From assembly GCA_963779615.1 (NCBI GenBank), contig CAVZZA010000003.1, positions 53,237 to 117,236 of the forward strand: a stretch of 64,000 bases of DNA, in the 5' to 3' direction. This DNA is from an uncultured Nitrososphaeraceae archaeon. GTDB lineage: Archaea > Thermoproteota > Nitrososphaeria > Nitrososphaerales > Nitrososphaeraceae. Below, piece after piece: positions 11,046 through 21,871 of the stretch. Position 1 is the stretch's first letter, and each line of letters begins with the position of its first letter. The translations under genes were made by a program, and so were the position numbers. Under the pieces are notes generated by a model that did no database searches, had not been told where the DNA came from, and was given only the letters and a program-made list of their open reading frames with translations.

Positions 11046-12479
11046 TTAATTATTAATTTTCTGGTACCTTTCATAACATAATTTCATAATAAACGGGATA
11101 GTTGAAACTACCATAAGAATCGCCGATATCAGGAAGATGGCCTGTAAAGAGGTCACAAATGCGTCAACTTTCATTGTGTCAATATTTAATGCATCAAAGG
11201 ATCCTGAAAAGATATTTTGAGTCTCATGTAATGGCATAATATGAGTAAATACCAAAAATACCAGACCAATGCTGAATGCACTTCCTGTCATAACCAACGT
11301 GGTACTTATACCTGCCGCCACTCCTCTTCTAAAAGATGGAACAGAATTCATGATTATAGTTCTATTAGGCGATGCAAATATTCCCATTCCAGCCCCTACC
11401 AAGACCAAAGGCAACACAGAATCATAAAAGGACATTGTTGCACCTACCGAGGAAAGTATAAAAAAACCTGCTGCAGATATAAGCAACCCCGCAGGTGCGA
11501 TTAAGGTAAAGTTGTATTTATCGTATAACCATCCACTTATTGGCGCAAAGGCAGCCAATGCCAGGGAAACTGGGATCAGATAGATTCCTGCGTCGAGGGA
11601 ACCGAGTCTCATTGATGGCCCCTGAAGATAAAACACCATAACCAATGTAAAGGCTCCCCTGGCTAATGCGTTGAGAAATATAGCGATATTACTACTGGTA
11701 AAAAGATTTATTCTAAATAAAGAAAAATCAAACATTGGTTTTGACACTTTTTTCTCCACAAAGTAAAACAAGGTTAGTAGGGCAGAGCCTCCCAAAATAA
11801 CTAAACAAATTTTTAACTGATCAATAACCTGAAATGCCCCAAAAGTTATTCCAACCAAAAGAAGAAGCATTCCTCCAGAAAATACAGCGTTTCCTAGCCA
11901 ATCTATTTTCTCTTTTTTAATTGTACCCAATTCTTTTAGCTTGGAGTATGCCCAAAGGGTCGCAAATATCCCTATAGGCATATTTATCCAGAATATGGAT
12001 CTCCACCCTAAATATGAAGTCAAAAACCCTCCAAGGGCAAGCCCTATTACAGAACCTACAACTATAGATATCTGGTTTAAACCCAATGCTCTTCCCCTCT
12101 CATTTTCTGGGAAAACATCTGTAATGATTGCAGCACTATTTGAGAAGAGAAATGCCGCCCCTACGGCTTGAACAACTCGAAACATTATCAACTGTTCTCC
12201 AGTACTGGAAATGCTACATAGGGCAGAACCGACGGTAAATACTGCAAAGCCCATATTATACAATTTGACTCGTCCAAACATATCGGCTAGCCTACCAAAA
12301 GTTAAAAGTACAGATGCAGTCACTACCCAGTATCCAATAGCTATCCATACAAGTGTCAGAAGCGATGCATGGAGATCGTACGCTATTGCGGGTAAGGCAA
12401 TGATAACAATGTTTCTATCAAGGGACGCCATTAATGTACCAATTGTAGTATTACTTAACGCCATCCATTTGTAATTCAA
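11046..12479 (-). CDS. MFS efflux transporter (DHA2/EmrB-QacA-like, 14 TM)
   Basis: SLDRNIVIIALP, GRLADMFGR, FRVVQAVG and GGFLT...WRSIFWINMPIG motifs. Confidence 0.93.
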   Translation of the reverse strand: MNYKWMALSNTTIGTLMASLDRNIVIIALPAIAYDLHASLLTLVWIAIGYWVVTASVLLTFGRLADMFGRVKLYNMGFAVFTVGSALCSISSTGEQLIMFRVVQAVGAAFLFSNSAAIITDVFPENERGRALGLNQISIVVGSVIGLALGGFLTSYLGWRSIFWINMPIGIFATLWAYSKLKELGTIKKEKIDWLGNAVFSGGMLLLLVGITFGAFQVIDQLKICLVILGGSALLTLFYFVEKKVSKPMFDFSLFRINLFTSSNIAIFLNALARGAFTLVMVFYLQGPSMRLGSLDAGIYLIPVSLALAAFAPISGWLYDKYNFTLIAPAGLLISAAGFFILSSVGATMSFYDSVLPLVLVGAGMGIFASPNRTIIMNSVPSFRRGVAAGISTTLVMTGSAFSIGLVFLVFTHIMPLHETQNIFSGSFDALNIDTMKVDAFVTSLQAIFLISAILMVVSTIPFIMKLCYERYQKINN

Positions 12480-12830
12480 ATTTAGCTATTAGTTTAATAA
12501 CTGTATTATAAATAATATTTCCAAAGTGCCTTGGCTCACTGTATCCTACGTATAAATTGTTTTTGAATAAAAAATTATATTGATTGCTGAATAAAAACAG
12601 GTAAGCAAAGCCTGTTGTCGTTACTACACAGTTGTGAGACAATTTTGCTAGGATATGGCCCCAGGAATGGGCTGAATGAAAAAAGAGCAAAAGTGAAATT
12701 TAAAATTGGTAGATGCACATGTCAAAACGTGCAAAACACAGCATCACTAGACAATATTGATTTTGAATTGTATTGCTATGCCTTTTGGCACTAAATGAAT
12801 TAAGTTAAGTTTTTAAATACACTGTAATAA

Positions 12831-13334
12831 TTGCTGATATTGTACATATCCACATTCATTTTAGTTTCAATCATGATAGAATTATTGTTATTTACCCTAA
12901 CTCAAAATAGTAATGCCCAATTGGATTTTCCTACCAATTACACTCTTGACATTAAAATTCAAGAAAAAAATCAACTAGCCAGTGGTAATCATACTTCTCA
13001 GCTATACAGCTCGGGAGCAATCAATACAAATGTGGGCGACTTGATAGGAGCAAAAATTGCCAGGTCTTCAACCTATATATTAGTGTCAGAAGACCAGGTT
13101 TTTCTGAAATTCAATTTAAAAATTCCTGAAGAAATTGGCAGTACTAATTCCAATGTGGAAAAAGTAGACTTTTTCTTAAAGGTCGATGCCATAAAAGACA
13201 GTGAAAATCAAACAAAGACATATGTACTAAAACCACAACAATACAGTAATGCCCAAATAGCAAACCATAAGGTTTTAGGAGGATTGATTGACCTTCAAGG
13301 AAGTAAAGGCATTTTACGCTTATATTTACTATAG
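12831..13334 (+). CDS. Hypothetical exported protein
   Basis: Hydrophobic N-terminus followed by a beta-rich soluble domain. Confidence 0.6.
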   Translation: MLILYISTFILVSIMIELLLFTLTQNSNAQLDFPTNYTLDIKIQEKNQLASGNHTSQLYSSGAINTNVGDLIGAKIARSSTYILVSEDQVFLKFNLKIPEEIGSTNSNVEKVDFFLKVDAIKDSENQTKTYVLKPQQYSNAQIANHKVLGGLIDLQGSKGILRLYLL

Positions 13335-13415
13335 ACATACTTTGAAATTAAATTGCTTTGTTTTTTTTCACTGACCCTTAAACTCTTAAAAATGATTGTG
13401 TACTAAACTATTCTT

Positions 13416-13562
13416 ATGGTCAAACAAGTCTTGCCTTCTTGCAATGTATGCGGCGTCTCAGTTATCGATCATGTGGACCCGGAGGTAGAAAAAGAGGGGC
13501 AAATTAAAAAAGGAAAATATGTTGATAATGTTTGGGTTTGTGATGATTGCCTAAATAAGTGA
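13416..13562 (+). CDS. 48-aa CxxC...CxxC zinc-finger microprotein (not in ORF track)
   Basis: MVKQVLPSCNVCGVSVIDHVDPEVEKEGQIKKGKYVDNVWVCDDCLNK*. Confidence 0.6.
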   Translation: MVKQVLPSCNVCGVSVIDHVDPEVEKEGQIKKGKYVDNVWVCDDCLNK

Positions 13563-13870
13563 TAGCAGCAGATATTTTATTTTTCGTGGTCTAAAGCAAT
13601 CCCTTATTTGGGATATGGTAAGGAATACAAATCCACTTCAAGGCATTATTGAATATATCGATATAATTTACCTCTATTTGAATCCATAGTTGCAATGTTG
13701 TGTATTTACGAATAGATCAAGCAATACCAAAGAACGGATAGCCTGTCCACAAGTTACGATTTAATTTTGTTTTGTCATGTTCTATTACATAAATTCAGGG
13801 ATATCCCGCACAGATATTGAAATCAATAGTTGTCGGTTTTTGCGTCATCCACTGTTAGAGGAATTTTTTG

Positions 13871-15082
13871 TTAGTCATGAGATTTCTTTTTATCTTTTTT
13901 TTGATTAAACATTCTGCTTGAGTATTCAGCCAGTTTCTTCAAAGCCTCGACTCTCTCCCCTCTTTGTATTTCTGCCCCCTCAATTGCAGAAAATAGATAA
14001 CTGATAGATTTATCATATGTTTTACGCGCCACAGGATACGGAACACCATCCTTACCGCCATGTGCAAAATTATACTTTACTGGATCCTGCCATGATGCTT
14101 TGCTTCCAAAGATTATTTCGCCTATAAGAGAAAGTGCTCTTACACTTGCTGGTCCTACTCCTGGAATAGAGATTAGCTGCTCGTAGTTTTGGGGCTGTAT
14201 GTCGTAAATTTTTTTAAACACGCTCCAGTTAAGCTTGCGAGGCATCTCATAGTGTTCGGTAAAATGCATAGTTTCCTTTTTGCCATTAGATACGTAACCT
14301 CCATTACTGGCACCATCTGCTGCAATCCAACTGTCTAGGGAAGCATTGTTGGTTTCCGTGGTGGGCCTTTTTGTTATCTCCACTACTTTGTATGCGGAGG
14401 ATTGCAAGTTATGAAAATCCCCTTTTGCCAATTCAACACACATTTTTTGATTTTCAACTGAATTAGTTGATGTCATGTCAAGAGTGTTTGGATTTTTGTG
14501 TTCGCTTATAATCCCTACATGAGGTTCAGACACAAAGCTCTTGATATCATCTGAAATCCAATGATACCTTCTTGCCATTTTAGTATTTGGGTTCATCCCT
14601 TGCTGCACGACAGTCCAATCTCCATATTCATCGAAAAGAATTGCATGATGATATAATGAATAGTCATCCTGTATTGCGGCACTATCCACCTTTGCTGTCA
14701 TTCTACTAGCATACAGGAGTTTATCAATTTTGGCTGAAGATAGATTGTAATCCCTCTCTGCGATCTGTGGAATTTCATGTTTTGTTTGGGTAGCCTTCTT
14801 TCCTTTTCCGCCTGCAATAGATATTCCATGAACACCAGCACTGATTGATTGTTTTAAAACACCTGTAAGCACAGTTGTAACCCCTGAAGAATGCCAATCA
14901 AATCCCAGGACACATCCAAATGCCTGAAACCACAATGGGTCGGCTAATCTATTTAGAAACAAATGTTGACCATACTCATCTATAATTACCTTTGATATAG
15001 CGTAGGAAAGTCTAGCCATTCGTTGAACCAAATATGCCGGCGCATGCCCACCATGTAAAGGAAGGTTGATTGTGGAAATCAA
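13871..15082 (-). CDS. DUF763 domain-containing protein
   Basis: LPLHGGHAP...DPLWFQAFGCVLGFDWHSSGVTT...FAHGGKDGVPYPV, the DUF763 signatures. Confidence 0.9.
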   Translation of the reverse strand: MISTINLPLHGGHAPAYLVQRMARLSYAISKVIIDEYGQHLFLNRLADPLWFQAFGCVLGFDWHSSGVTTVLTGVLKQSISAGVHGISIAGGKGKKATQTKHEIPQIAERDYNLSSAKIDKLLYASRMTAKVDSAAIQDDYSLYHHAILFDEYGDWTVVQQGMNPNTKMARRYHWISDDIKSFVSEPHVGIISEHKNPNTLDMTSTNSVENQKMCVELAKGDFHNLQSSAYKVVEITKRPTTETNNASLDSWIAADGASNGGYVSNGKKETMHFTEHYEMPRKLNWSVFKKIYDIQPQNYEQLISIPGVGPASVRALSLIGEIIFGSKASWQDPVKYNFAHGGKDGVPYPVARKTYDKSISYLFSAIEGAEIQRGERVEALKKLAEYSSRMFNQKKDKKKSHD

Positions 15083-15852
15083 GTTCCTAAATTATAGGAT
15101 ATCTAATTCTATTTAATTTATTGTCATGATATACATTATTTCGGTTTTTTCCGGTTTTTTGATTGTTTAATTCATTGTTTAATCAATAGTACCGTCATCA
15201 TCTTGGGAGGAACAACCCTTCTGTTTGTTCTCTGTAAAACATTGAGTTTGCCATACCGTGACAATTTGTTTATGCTTAGTGATCTTTACCATTACCAATA
15301 TCTACACCAATGCTCGATATTATGGCCAAACTATCGCCTGAAAAAAGACACGGCATCATGTAACCGTTTGACAGAATAATTTTCAAGAGCATATAACAAT
15401 AAAAAGTGGTCAGGTTCTATTTATTTCCCTTATGTTCGGTTTGGCAAGACATATGAAAATATTGGATTGAAAGCATTATACAAATAACCCGTAATCAACA
15501 GACACCCATGATAACGAGTAAATCTACAGGAATGAAATATTTTTTGAAAAGTTGTTCTTTCTGTGATTTGATTTCAATTCATAGAAATGCAAACAAACCA
15601 CTCAACAGGGAAAAAATTTTTTGGCATCTAGTCATATCCATATCATTATTAGGCAATCATGAAACAGTTAGCAGGGGAATAAAATGTGCCCGTCTTTTGA
15701 TTCTTAAAAAATATGTGAACCCAATGCACATTGCATTTGGATTTATTTGGTTTTTTAATAAAGTAACATTCACCTGCAGGATGAACTCCATGTTTAAAGT
15801 TATTGTGTTGTTATAAACGCTTTTTAAAGAAGGGTAATAAAAAAAATTCAGT

Positions 15853-16437
15853 ATGGCTATAATATCATTTAAGGGCAAGGAACCAAAGATAAGTCAAGGT
15901 TGTTTTATAGCAGATAATTCTACCATTATCGGAGATGTAGAATTGGGTTCACATTCTTCTGCCTGGTTTGGCACTGTCATAAGGGGAGATGTATTTCATA
16001 TCCGAATTGGTCGTAATACCAATATACAAAATAACAGTGTCGTTCATGTTACTACCAATAAGTTTCCAACGTTGGTTGGTAAAAATGTGACTGTAGGTCA
16101 CTCGGTTACATTACATGGCTGTGTGGTGAATGATAACGTTCTAATTGGTAATGGATCGGTTGTGACGGATCAATCTAGGATAGGGGAGTGGTCAATATTG
16201 GCAGCAGGGTCGGTTGTAAAGCCAGGAACAAACATTCCCTCAGGAAAGCTTTGGGGAGGGGTACCTTCAAAGGAAATACGCGATATCAAAGATAAAGAGA
16301 AAGAATGGATCAGAGAATTGTCCAATAATTATGTAAGGTTATCCACTGATTATTTGGAGTCAAACAATCTGAGTAACCGGATCATTAAACAAGCAAAAAG
16401 GAGACAGGATTACCTAAAATATTTTTTTGTGTTATAG
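15853..16437 (+). CDS. Gamma carbonic anhydrase family protein (hexapeptide repeat)
   Basis: Left-handed beta-helix repeats; three candidate metal-ligand His in VVHV, VGHSV and LHGC. Confidence 0.9.
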   Translation: MAIISFKGKEPKISQGCFIADNSTIIGDVELGSHSSAWFGTVIRGDVFHIRIGRNTNIQNNSVVHVTTNKFPTLVGKNVTVGHSVTLHGCVVNDNVLIGNGSVVTDQSRIGEWSILAAGSVVKPGTNIPSGKLWGGVPSKEIRDIKDKEKEWIRELSNNYVRLSTDYLESNNLSNRIIKQAKRRQDYLKYFFVL

Positions 16438-16594
16438 ATTAATCTTCAATTATTATGTTATCCATTGGAGCTGCGCCAACATTTTACCAAATCATCTAAA
16501 AATTCTAAATACACTACCAATCAGAATTTTGTGAAATAAATTATTTTTTTATGAACAATGACTTTAGGTCATACAGTAAATAAACACCATCCTT

Positions 16595-17479
16595 TTACAT
16601 GCCATCAAATGAAATCCAAATCCCAGGTTGGGTTTTTTTATCTATATATTTCCATATCGTAGGCGCAATCTCCAGTTCCGAGAAGTTTTTTCTTAGTGAA
16701 TTGTGCATGTTCAAATAAACCGTATGGCTTGTAACTATTTTGTTGGGTTTTGCCAGTTTGGTTAATTTGGCTGCCATACTTATGCCATAACCCAAAATAT
16801 CAATATATGATTTTTCTCCTAACACATATTGAATAATTGAATGTTCACTAGCGTCAATTCCTATCTTTACTTGCAATTGTTCATAATTATTTCGCATTAG
16901 AACAGGATTTATTATTTGCTCAAGGATGGCAATCATATATAGAGCACACTTTATTGCAGAATTGCAAGAGAGAGAATTGCTTTTATCCATAGGAAAATAA
17001 GCTATTACTGCATCCCCAACATATTTTAACACCTGGCCATTAAAATTGGATACTGCGACAGACATTTCCTGCGTAAACATTTGAATTATCGTAGCTAACT
17101 TATCAACAGAAAAATTCCTTGTCATTAGTGTAGAGTCGACTAAATCGACATAAAGTACAACAAGTTTCAGTTTGGAACCTACATGCTGCAACAAAAACTG
17201 TTCAGATGTTTCTATTTTGGGACTCAGTCCAGAGCCTTTTTCAAACGCTTCCAAGATCCTGGTCTCAGTTTCCGTAATATGTGTTTGAAAATCCGTGATT
17301 TGTGGAAAACTATTGTGATTGAAAGGAACTTGTTTGTCTTTATCATGCATGTGTTTTTCTTGGCAATTTATGTGGTTGATTACAACAGACGCATCTTCTC
17401 GCACACCTCTCCAACACATACTAAAGTCCAACTTTTTTCCCTCAGAAATATACTCATTGAAATTCGGCCCTGAGAACAA
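16595..17479 (-). CDS. Class III adenylate/guanylate cyclase domain protein
   Basis: VVLYVDLVDST, KYVGDAVIA, VKIGID, DILGYGISMAAKL. Confidence 0.85.
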   Translation of the reverse strand: MFSGPNFNEYISEGKKLDFSMCWRGVREDASVVINHINCQEKHMHDKDKQVPFNHNSFPQITDFQTHITETETRILEAFEKGSGLSPKIETSEQFLLQHVGSKLKLVVLYVDLVDSTLMTRNFSVDKLATIIQMFTQEMSVAVSNFNGQVLKYVGDAVIAYFPMDKSNSLSCNSAIKCALYMIAILEQIINPVLMRNNYEQLQVKIGIDASEHSIIQYVLGEKSYIDILGYGISMAAKLTKLAKPNKIVTSHTVYLNMHNSLRKNFSELEIAPTIWKYIDKKTQPGIWISFDGM

Positions 17480-17686
17480 GTTTCTATGTTCTATAAGAAA
17501 TCCTTACATAAAAAGCCAATCTAATCTTTTTAGCATGGCAGCCTCAATAATATGTTCTAAACCCAAAAAAATAAAAATTAACAATATATCCTATTACAAT
17601 ATGGCTATAACGTTCCATTACATTTTATTCAAGAAACAATTAAAGAGTCGGTCAGTGTAATTCTATATGGAAACCAGTGTATTATA

Positions 17687-18529
17687 ATGGAGTATGCGTA
17701 TTCTAACGTCTTGGTTAGTACGCAATGGATAAACGACCATTTAAAGGATCCAAAAGTACGAATTATAGAGGTTGACTATAATCCCTCCACAAGTTACTTA
17801 CTCGGTCACATTCCAGGAGCAGTACTCTTTGACTGGAAACTAGAATTGGTTGACTCAACTAAGCGTGACATAATTTCAAAGGAGGTTTTTGAGGACCTAG
17901 TTCAAAAAGCTGGCATAAACAATGAAACCATACTGATTGTTTATGGCGACTTCAAGAACTGGTTTGCAGCATTTGCCTTCTGGATATTCAAGTATTATGG
18001 CTATGGCGATATCAGGTTGATGAATGGTTCACGTAAGAAATGGTTTGAGGAAGACCGGCCATTTAGTATGGACATTCCGACTTATACAAGAGGGACATTC
18101 AAAGCCTCCTCCCCTAATAAAAGCATAAGAGTTTTGATGGACTATGTAAAAGAATCTATTGGTTCTCAGGGCAGAGTACTGGTTGATGTTAGAACCAATG
18201 ATGAGTATGATGGAAAAACTTTAGCCCCATCAGAATATTCTTCGGAATACGGTCAGGTCGGTGGACATATTCCAGGTGCAGTGAATGTACCTTGGAGTTG
18301 GATGGTATATGATGACGGCACCTTCAAGTCTGCAGAAGAGCTAAGGAAAATATATGAATCACATAGTGTCACGCCAGATAAGGAAGTCATAACATATTGC
18401 GGGATAGGGGAGAGGGCATCTTTTACCTGGTTTGTTCTGACATATCTTTTAGGGTATCCTAATGTAAAGAGTTACGACGGATCATGGCTTGAGTGGGGAA
18501 ACAGCCTTGGTAACCCTATTGAAAAGTAA
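17687..18529 (+). CDS. Two-domain rhodanese / thiosulfate sulfurtransferase
   Basis: GHIPGAV in both domains, active-site loop YCGIGERAS, C-terminal YDGSWLEWG. Confidence 0.93.
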   Translation: MEYAYSNVLVSTQWINDHLKDPKVRIIEVDYNPSTSYLLGHIPGAVLFDWKLELVDSTKRDIISKEVFEDLVQKAGINNETILIVYGDFKNWFAAFAFWIFKYYGYGDIRLMNGSRKKWFEEDRPFSMDIPTYTRGTFKASSPNKSIRVLMDYVKESIGSQGRVLVDVRTNDEYDGKTLAPSEYSSEYGQVGGHIPGAVNVPWSWMVYDDGTFKSAEELRKIYESHSVTPDKEVITYCGIGERASFTWFVLTYLLGYPNVKSYDGSWLEWGNSLGNPIEK

Positions 18530-18722
18530 GATATATTAGTTAAGGTCACTTTTTCTGAAGTGCTTTGTGTTTGATTTATATATAATATCATGAAAATGTA
18601 AGATACAAATTTTATTGGCCAAAGATACTTAATTTGGTTCTGTTCACTTATAGTGCGTTATTTCTGGGTGGTCAAAATGGGGCAGTAACTAGATTATATA
18701 CTATATTGAATAACAGGTATCA

Positions 18723-18878
18723 ATGAGCGATATTATAGATGATGCAACAAAGAAAATAAAAAACACCCAACAAGACTCCAAAGCAAAGGCTGAAACTGCA
18801 GAAGACCACGCAGAAGGAAAACCAAGTTCTGAAACACTTAACAAGGCAAAAGAAAAGGCAAAAGACGCCCTCACCTAA
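18723..18878 (+). CDS. 51-aa hydrophilic microprotein, copy A (not in ORF track)
   Basis: MSDIIDDATKKIKNTQQDSKAKAETAEDHAEGKPSSETLNKAKEKAKDALT*. TATA-like ttatata ~25 nt upstream, T-run after the stop, clear paralogue at 49840. Confidence 0.8.
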   Translation: MSDIIDDATKKIKNTQQDSKAKAETAEDHAEGKPSSETLNKAKEKAKDALT

Positions 18879-18914
18879 TTTTTTTCTATTCATCATTAAG
18901 AAGACCAATATTTA

Positions 18915-19115
18915 GTGTGGCAGAAATCAACAACCATCATAACGTATGGAGAATGGATAAACGCTATCTTAGTTTTTATATCTATTCCATTAACAATCTA
19001 TTTTGTAAAACTAGAATTCATGGTAAAGGATTTAGAAAAACACCCTTTTCTAGATGGTATTAAAGAAGAAAATAAACAAGATGCCATAAATGCCTATAAA
19101 AAAGAAGGACAATAG
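18915..19115 (+). CDS. Possible small membrane-anchored protein or remnant
   Basis: One hydrophobic segment, GTG start; no family recognised. Confidence 0.3.
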   Translation: MWQKSTTIITYGEWINAILVFISIPLTIYFVKLEFMVKDLEKHPFLDGIKEENKQDAINAYKKEGQ

Positions 19116-19833
19116 GCGATTCAAAAGGAGATAGTTCACAAAATGATTCAACTAAATCCTAATGAAGTAGAAAAAAGAGACAATTCTGTAGAGAAATTTA
19201 GGACAAATCCACTCACTAAACCAAAATCAAAAGAATTAAAACGAATACCAGAAAAGGAAAAACAACAAGCTATAGAACAGGCGATATTGCACCTCTATAT
19301 GGAATAGGGTTGTGATTGGGTGTGATAACAGATTATCCATCTGATAACGAAAGCTTGTGGGAAAAAATCTTTAAAAATTGAAGTTGTCTCTTTTTAAGGT
19401 TTTGTAAAGAAGCAAACCCCAGTTCTGTTGTTTCTTATGTTGTTTAAATCAGTTGTTGGGATTCAGTTAGTAAGATAAATAACAGGTAATGGTATTGACA
19501 AAACGACAAAAAGAAAACTTGACATCAAGAAAAAACATGTTTCCAAATTTTAGTAAAGGTTTATATACCTTTTTCCCCTATAAAAATAATGATAAAAATT
19601 AATAATTGTAGATATTGTAATCATGAAGCAGGAGAACATGGTATTTTTAGAGGTTCCGATATTAACGAAACACATTCTTGCAATAGATATGATTGTCGTT
19701 GTAGTCAATATATAAATTAAATAATTTTTAGGTTAGTCAACCATTTGCCATCCTAACCAAGTTGACAGAACCAAATAACATAAATAGTTGTAGACAAAAG
19801 CCCATAATCAAAAAATAAGGTGTAGGTTAAGGT

Positions 19834-20803
19834 TGTTTAGTTGCTCAACCCTTGATTAAGCAACCGTTTGCAACCTAGGCCAATAAGACGACCAATCCAG
19901 CTATGGAAAGACCCGTTGACAGGTTGTCTAGTAGATTACAGATATTGCATCTGATATCCATATCACCTACTTTGTATTCAAGAACAATGAATGTTTCTTC
20001 CAATCCTTGTTTCAACATATAGTGAGTTTTCTTATTGGGCCATAGCCGATGGGTTTCCAAGGGTGTGGCTGGTTTTGGTCTAACCCTGGCGTTCCTCCTT
20101 GCTTTTGTGCAATGGTAAATACAACTGCCTGCTAGACATTCAAAAATATCATTAATGCCATAGTCCCCGTCCGCAAATAGCTTACCTGTTATCTTATCAT
20201 TTGATTTTGCAATATCTTCTGCCTTCAGGCAACACTTTGCCATCATGTAGATGCTCATTGGTTGCCTTCATCGACAAGGTTTTCTTGCTTTTTACATTTG
20301 CTGCAGCATGGATTTTCAGGCATCCTTTTTTCTTATCTTCCGTATTTCGTTCTTCCACTGGCCCCTGTTTGTTACCCTGATGACAGCGCTGCATATTGCA
20401 ATTATGACAGGTTGATTGTTGAGTTCTTTGCTACGGTAATCATCATCGTTTATTTTGACACCCTACCCGTTTGTTCTTCTGCTTATTGCACTGTAATTGG
20501 GGGTTGACGGAACTTTTCCATGAGCATGTCCTTTTGCAATTCCCTCCGTTTGCCGATAGGGAACATGAAAAGTACGCTTTGGAATACCCAAGGGGAAAAA
20601 GAAATGTGTTGGGATATGAGATGGTTCGCTCACCAACCTATCTCTGTTCATATCCTTTAGTTCTTTCCCAGTTGTCAATGACATCAAAATAAATCAGTGT
20701 TTCGCCAAGTTTACAAGAGATTGGTTGTGTTCTGACCATTTCACATGGTTCCTTAAAAAATACCATCTAAATGCATTTGGAACTGCTAATCATGCAACAA
20801 ACC
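19834..20803 (-). mobile_element. Decayed IS5-family element (same family as 52884..53883)
   Basis: Fragmented transposase (FHVPYRQTEGI, RVTNRG, KGCLKIHAA, ADGDY) over several frames. Right end aatcatgcaacaaacc matches the TIR at 53868-53883; left boundary approximate. Confidence 0.8.
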
Positions 20804-20874
20804 AATTACGCAAGAGATCTAATGTATTTAATATGTGATTCATTAAAACTGTTATATGGGTAGTGTAAGCTAAA

Positions 20875-21351
20875 ATGGAGATAGGAAACTTTTATAACAA
20901 ATACAAAGATTATATTCTGTTTAACAAAAATATCATCATTTCGGGGGTGTTTGCATTCTTTGGTGGAGCCCTATTCACGCAGATATATACCCAATATGAT
21001 AACAACAATCTTGCCAATTCTCTTACCACCCTCCTAATAGAATATGGGATTTACATCCCACTCTTTGCGTTTTTATATTATGTGGATAACAGAAAGAGGT
21101 ATATAGAACCCTCTACAGGAAAGAAGGACCATAGCAAGATAAAGAGTGATATAAAAAAACTAATTGCTGCATTTTCCGTCTCCGAGGTTATATTCTCTTT
21201 TGCAAAGGTAACCATTCATTATGAATTACTCCAATTTAAGATAGTAGAACCATATCAGGCATCAATGATTGGTTCTCTAATAGCATGGGTAATATTTTTA
21301 GTATCAATAAACTTGAGTGTAAAGGCCGTGAAACTTTTTCGTTCTAAATGA
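20875..21351 (+). CDS. Membrane protein (about 4 TM), hypothetical
   Basis: 158-aa ORF with alternating TM segments. Confidence 0.75.
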   Translation: MEIGNFYNKYKDYILFNKNIIISGVFAFFGGALFTQIYTQYDNNNLANSLTTLLIEYGIYIPLFAFLYYVDNRKRYIEPSTGKKDHSKIKSDIKKLIAAFSVSEVIFSFAKVTIHYELLQFKIVEPYQASMIGSLIAWVIFLVSINLSVKAVKLFRSK

Positions 21352-21871
21352 GACCATGCTTTAAAATACTACGGCATCCAATGTTATCTCGGTTTTTCAA
21401 TGGACTGTGTTTTGCTTTTTTGTACAATTTATTGTAATATATTATATGAATTGAGGTTTTTCCCTTGTTGTTTTAGGTCATTGCATAAAAAAAACCAAAT
21501 AACGAAACTAAATTACTATTGCATGTGGTTCACTTTTTTTGCATTCTTGTTTTCACAAAATCCCATTTTAAAGAACAGTTTTTGTAACACAGTGGTGGAG
21601 GCAGAGCCGAAATCGATTCTCCAAGAATACCACACTACGCATTATAACAATCAGGTTCCAAGTTTTTGGTCAAAAGATTGACCTAATTGTGAAATAATTA
21701 AATTTAGACATCTTATTTCAGAAGATTTAGAAAAAACAAGAGGTGCGTTAACTAAAACTATTCAGATGGTTGTATATTTGATAAATTGAGGCTTGCATCA
21801 TATGATCATCTTCAATTTATGGATATATCCCCAAAGACCACCACCACCATTTCAAGATTCATCAGTTCCAA

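Noticed and set aside
18720-18908. 62-aa minus-strand Phe/Cys-rich ORF
   Set aside because: Shadow of microprotein A, which has a paralogue and a promoter on the + strand.
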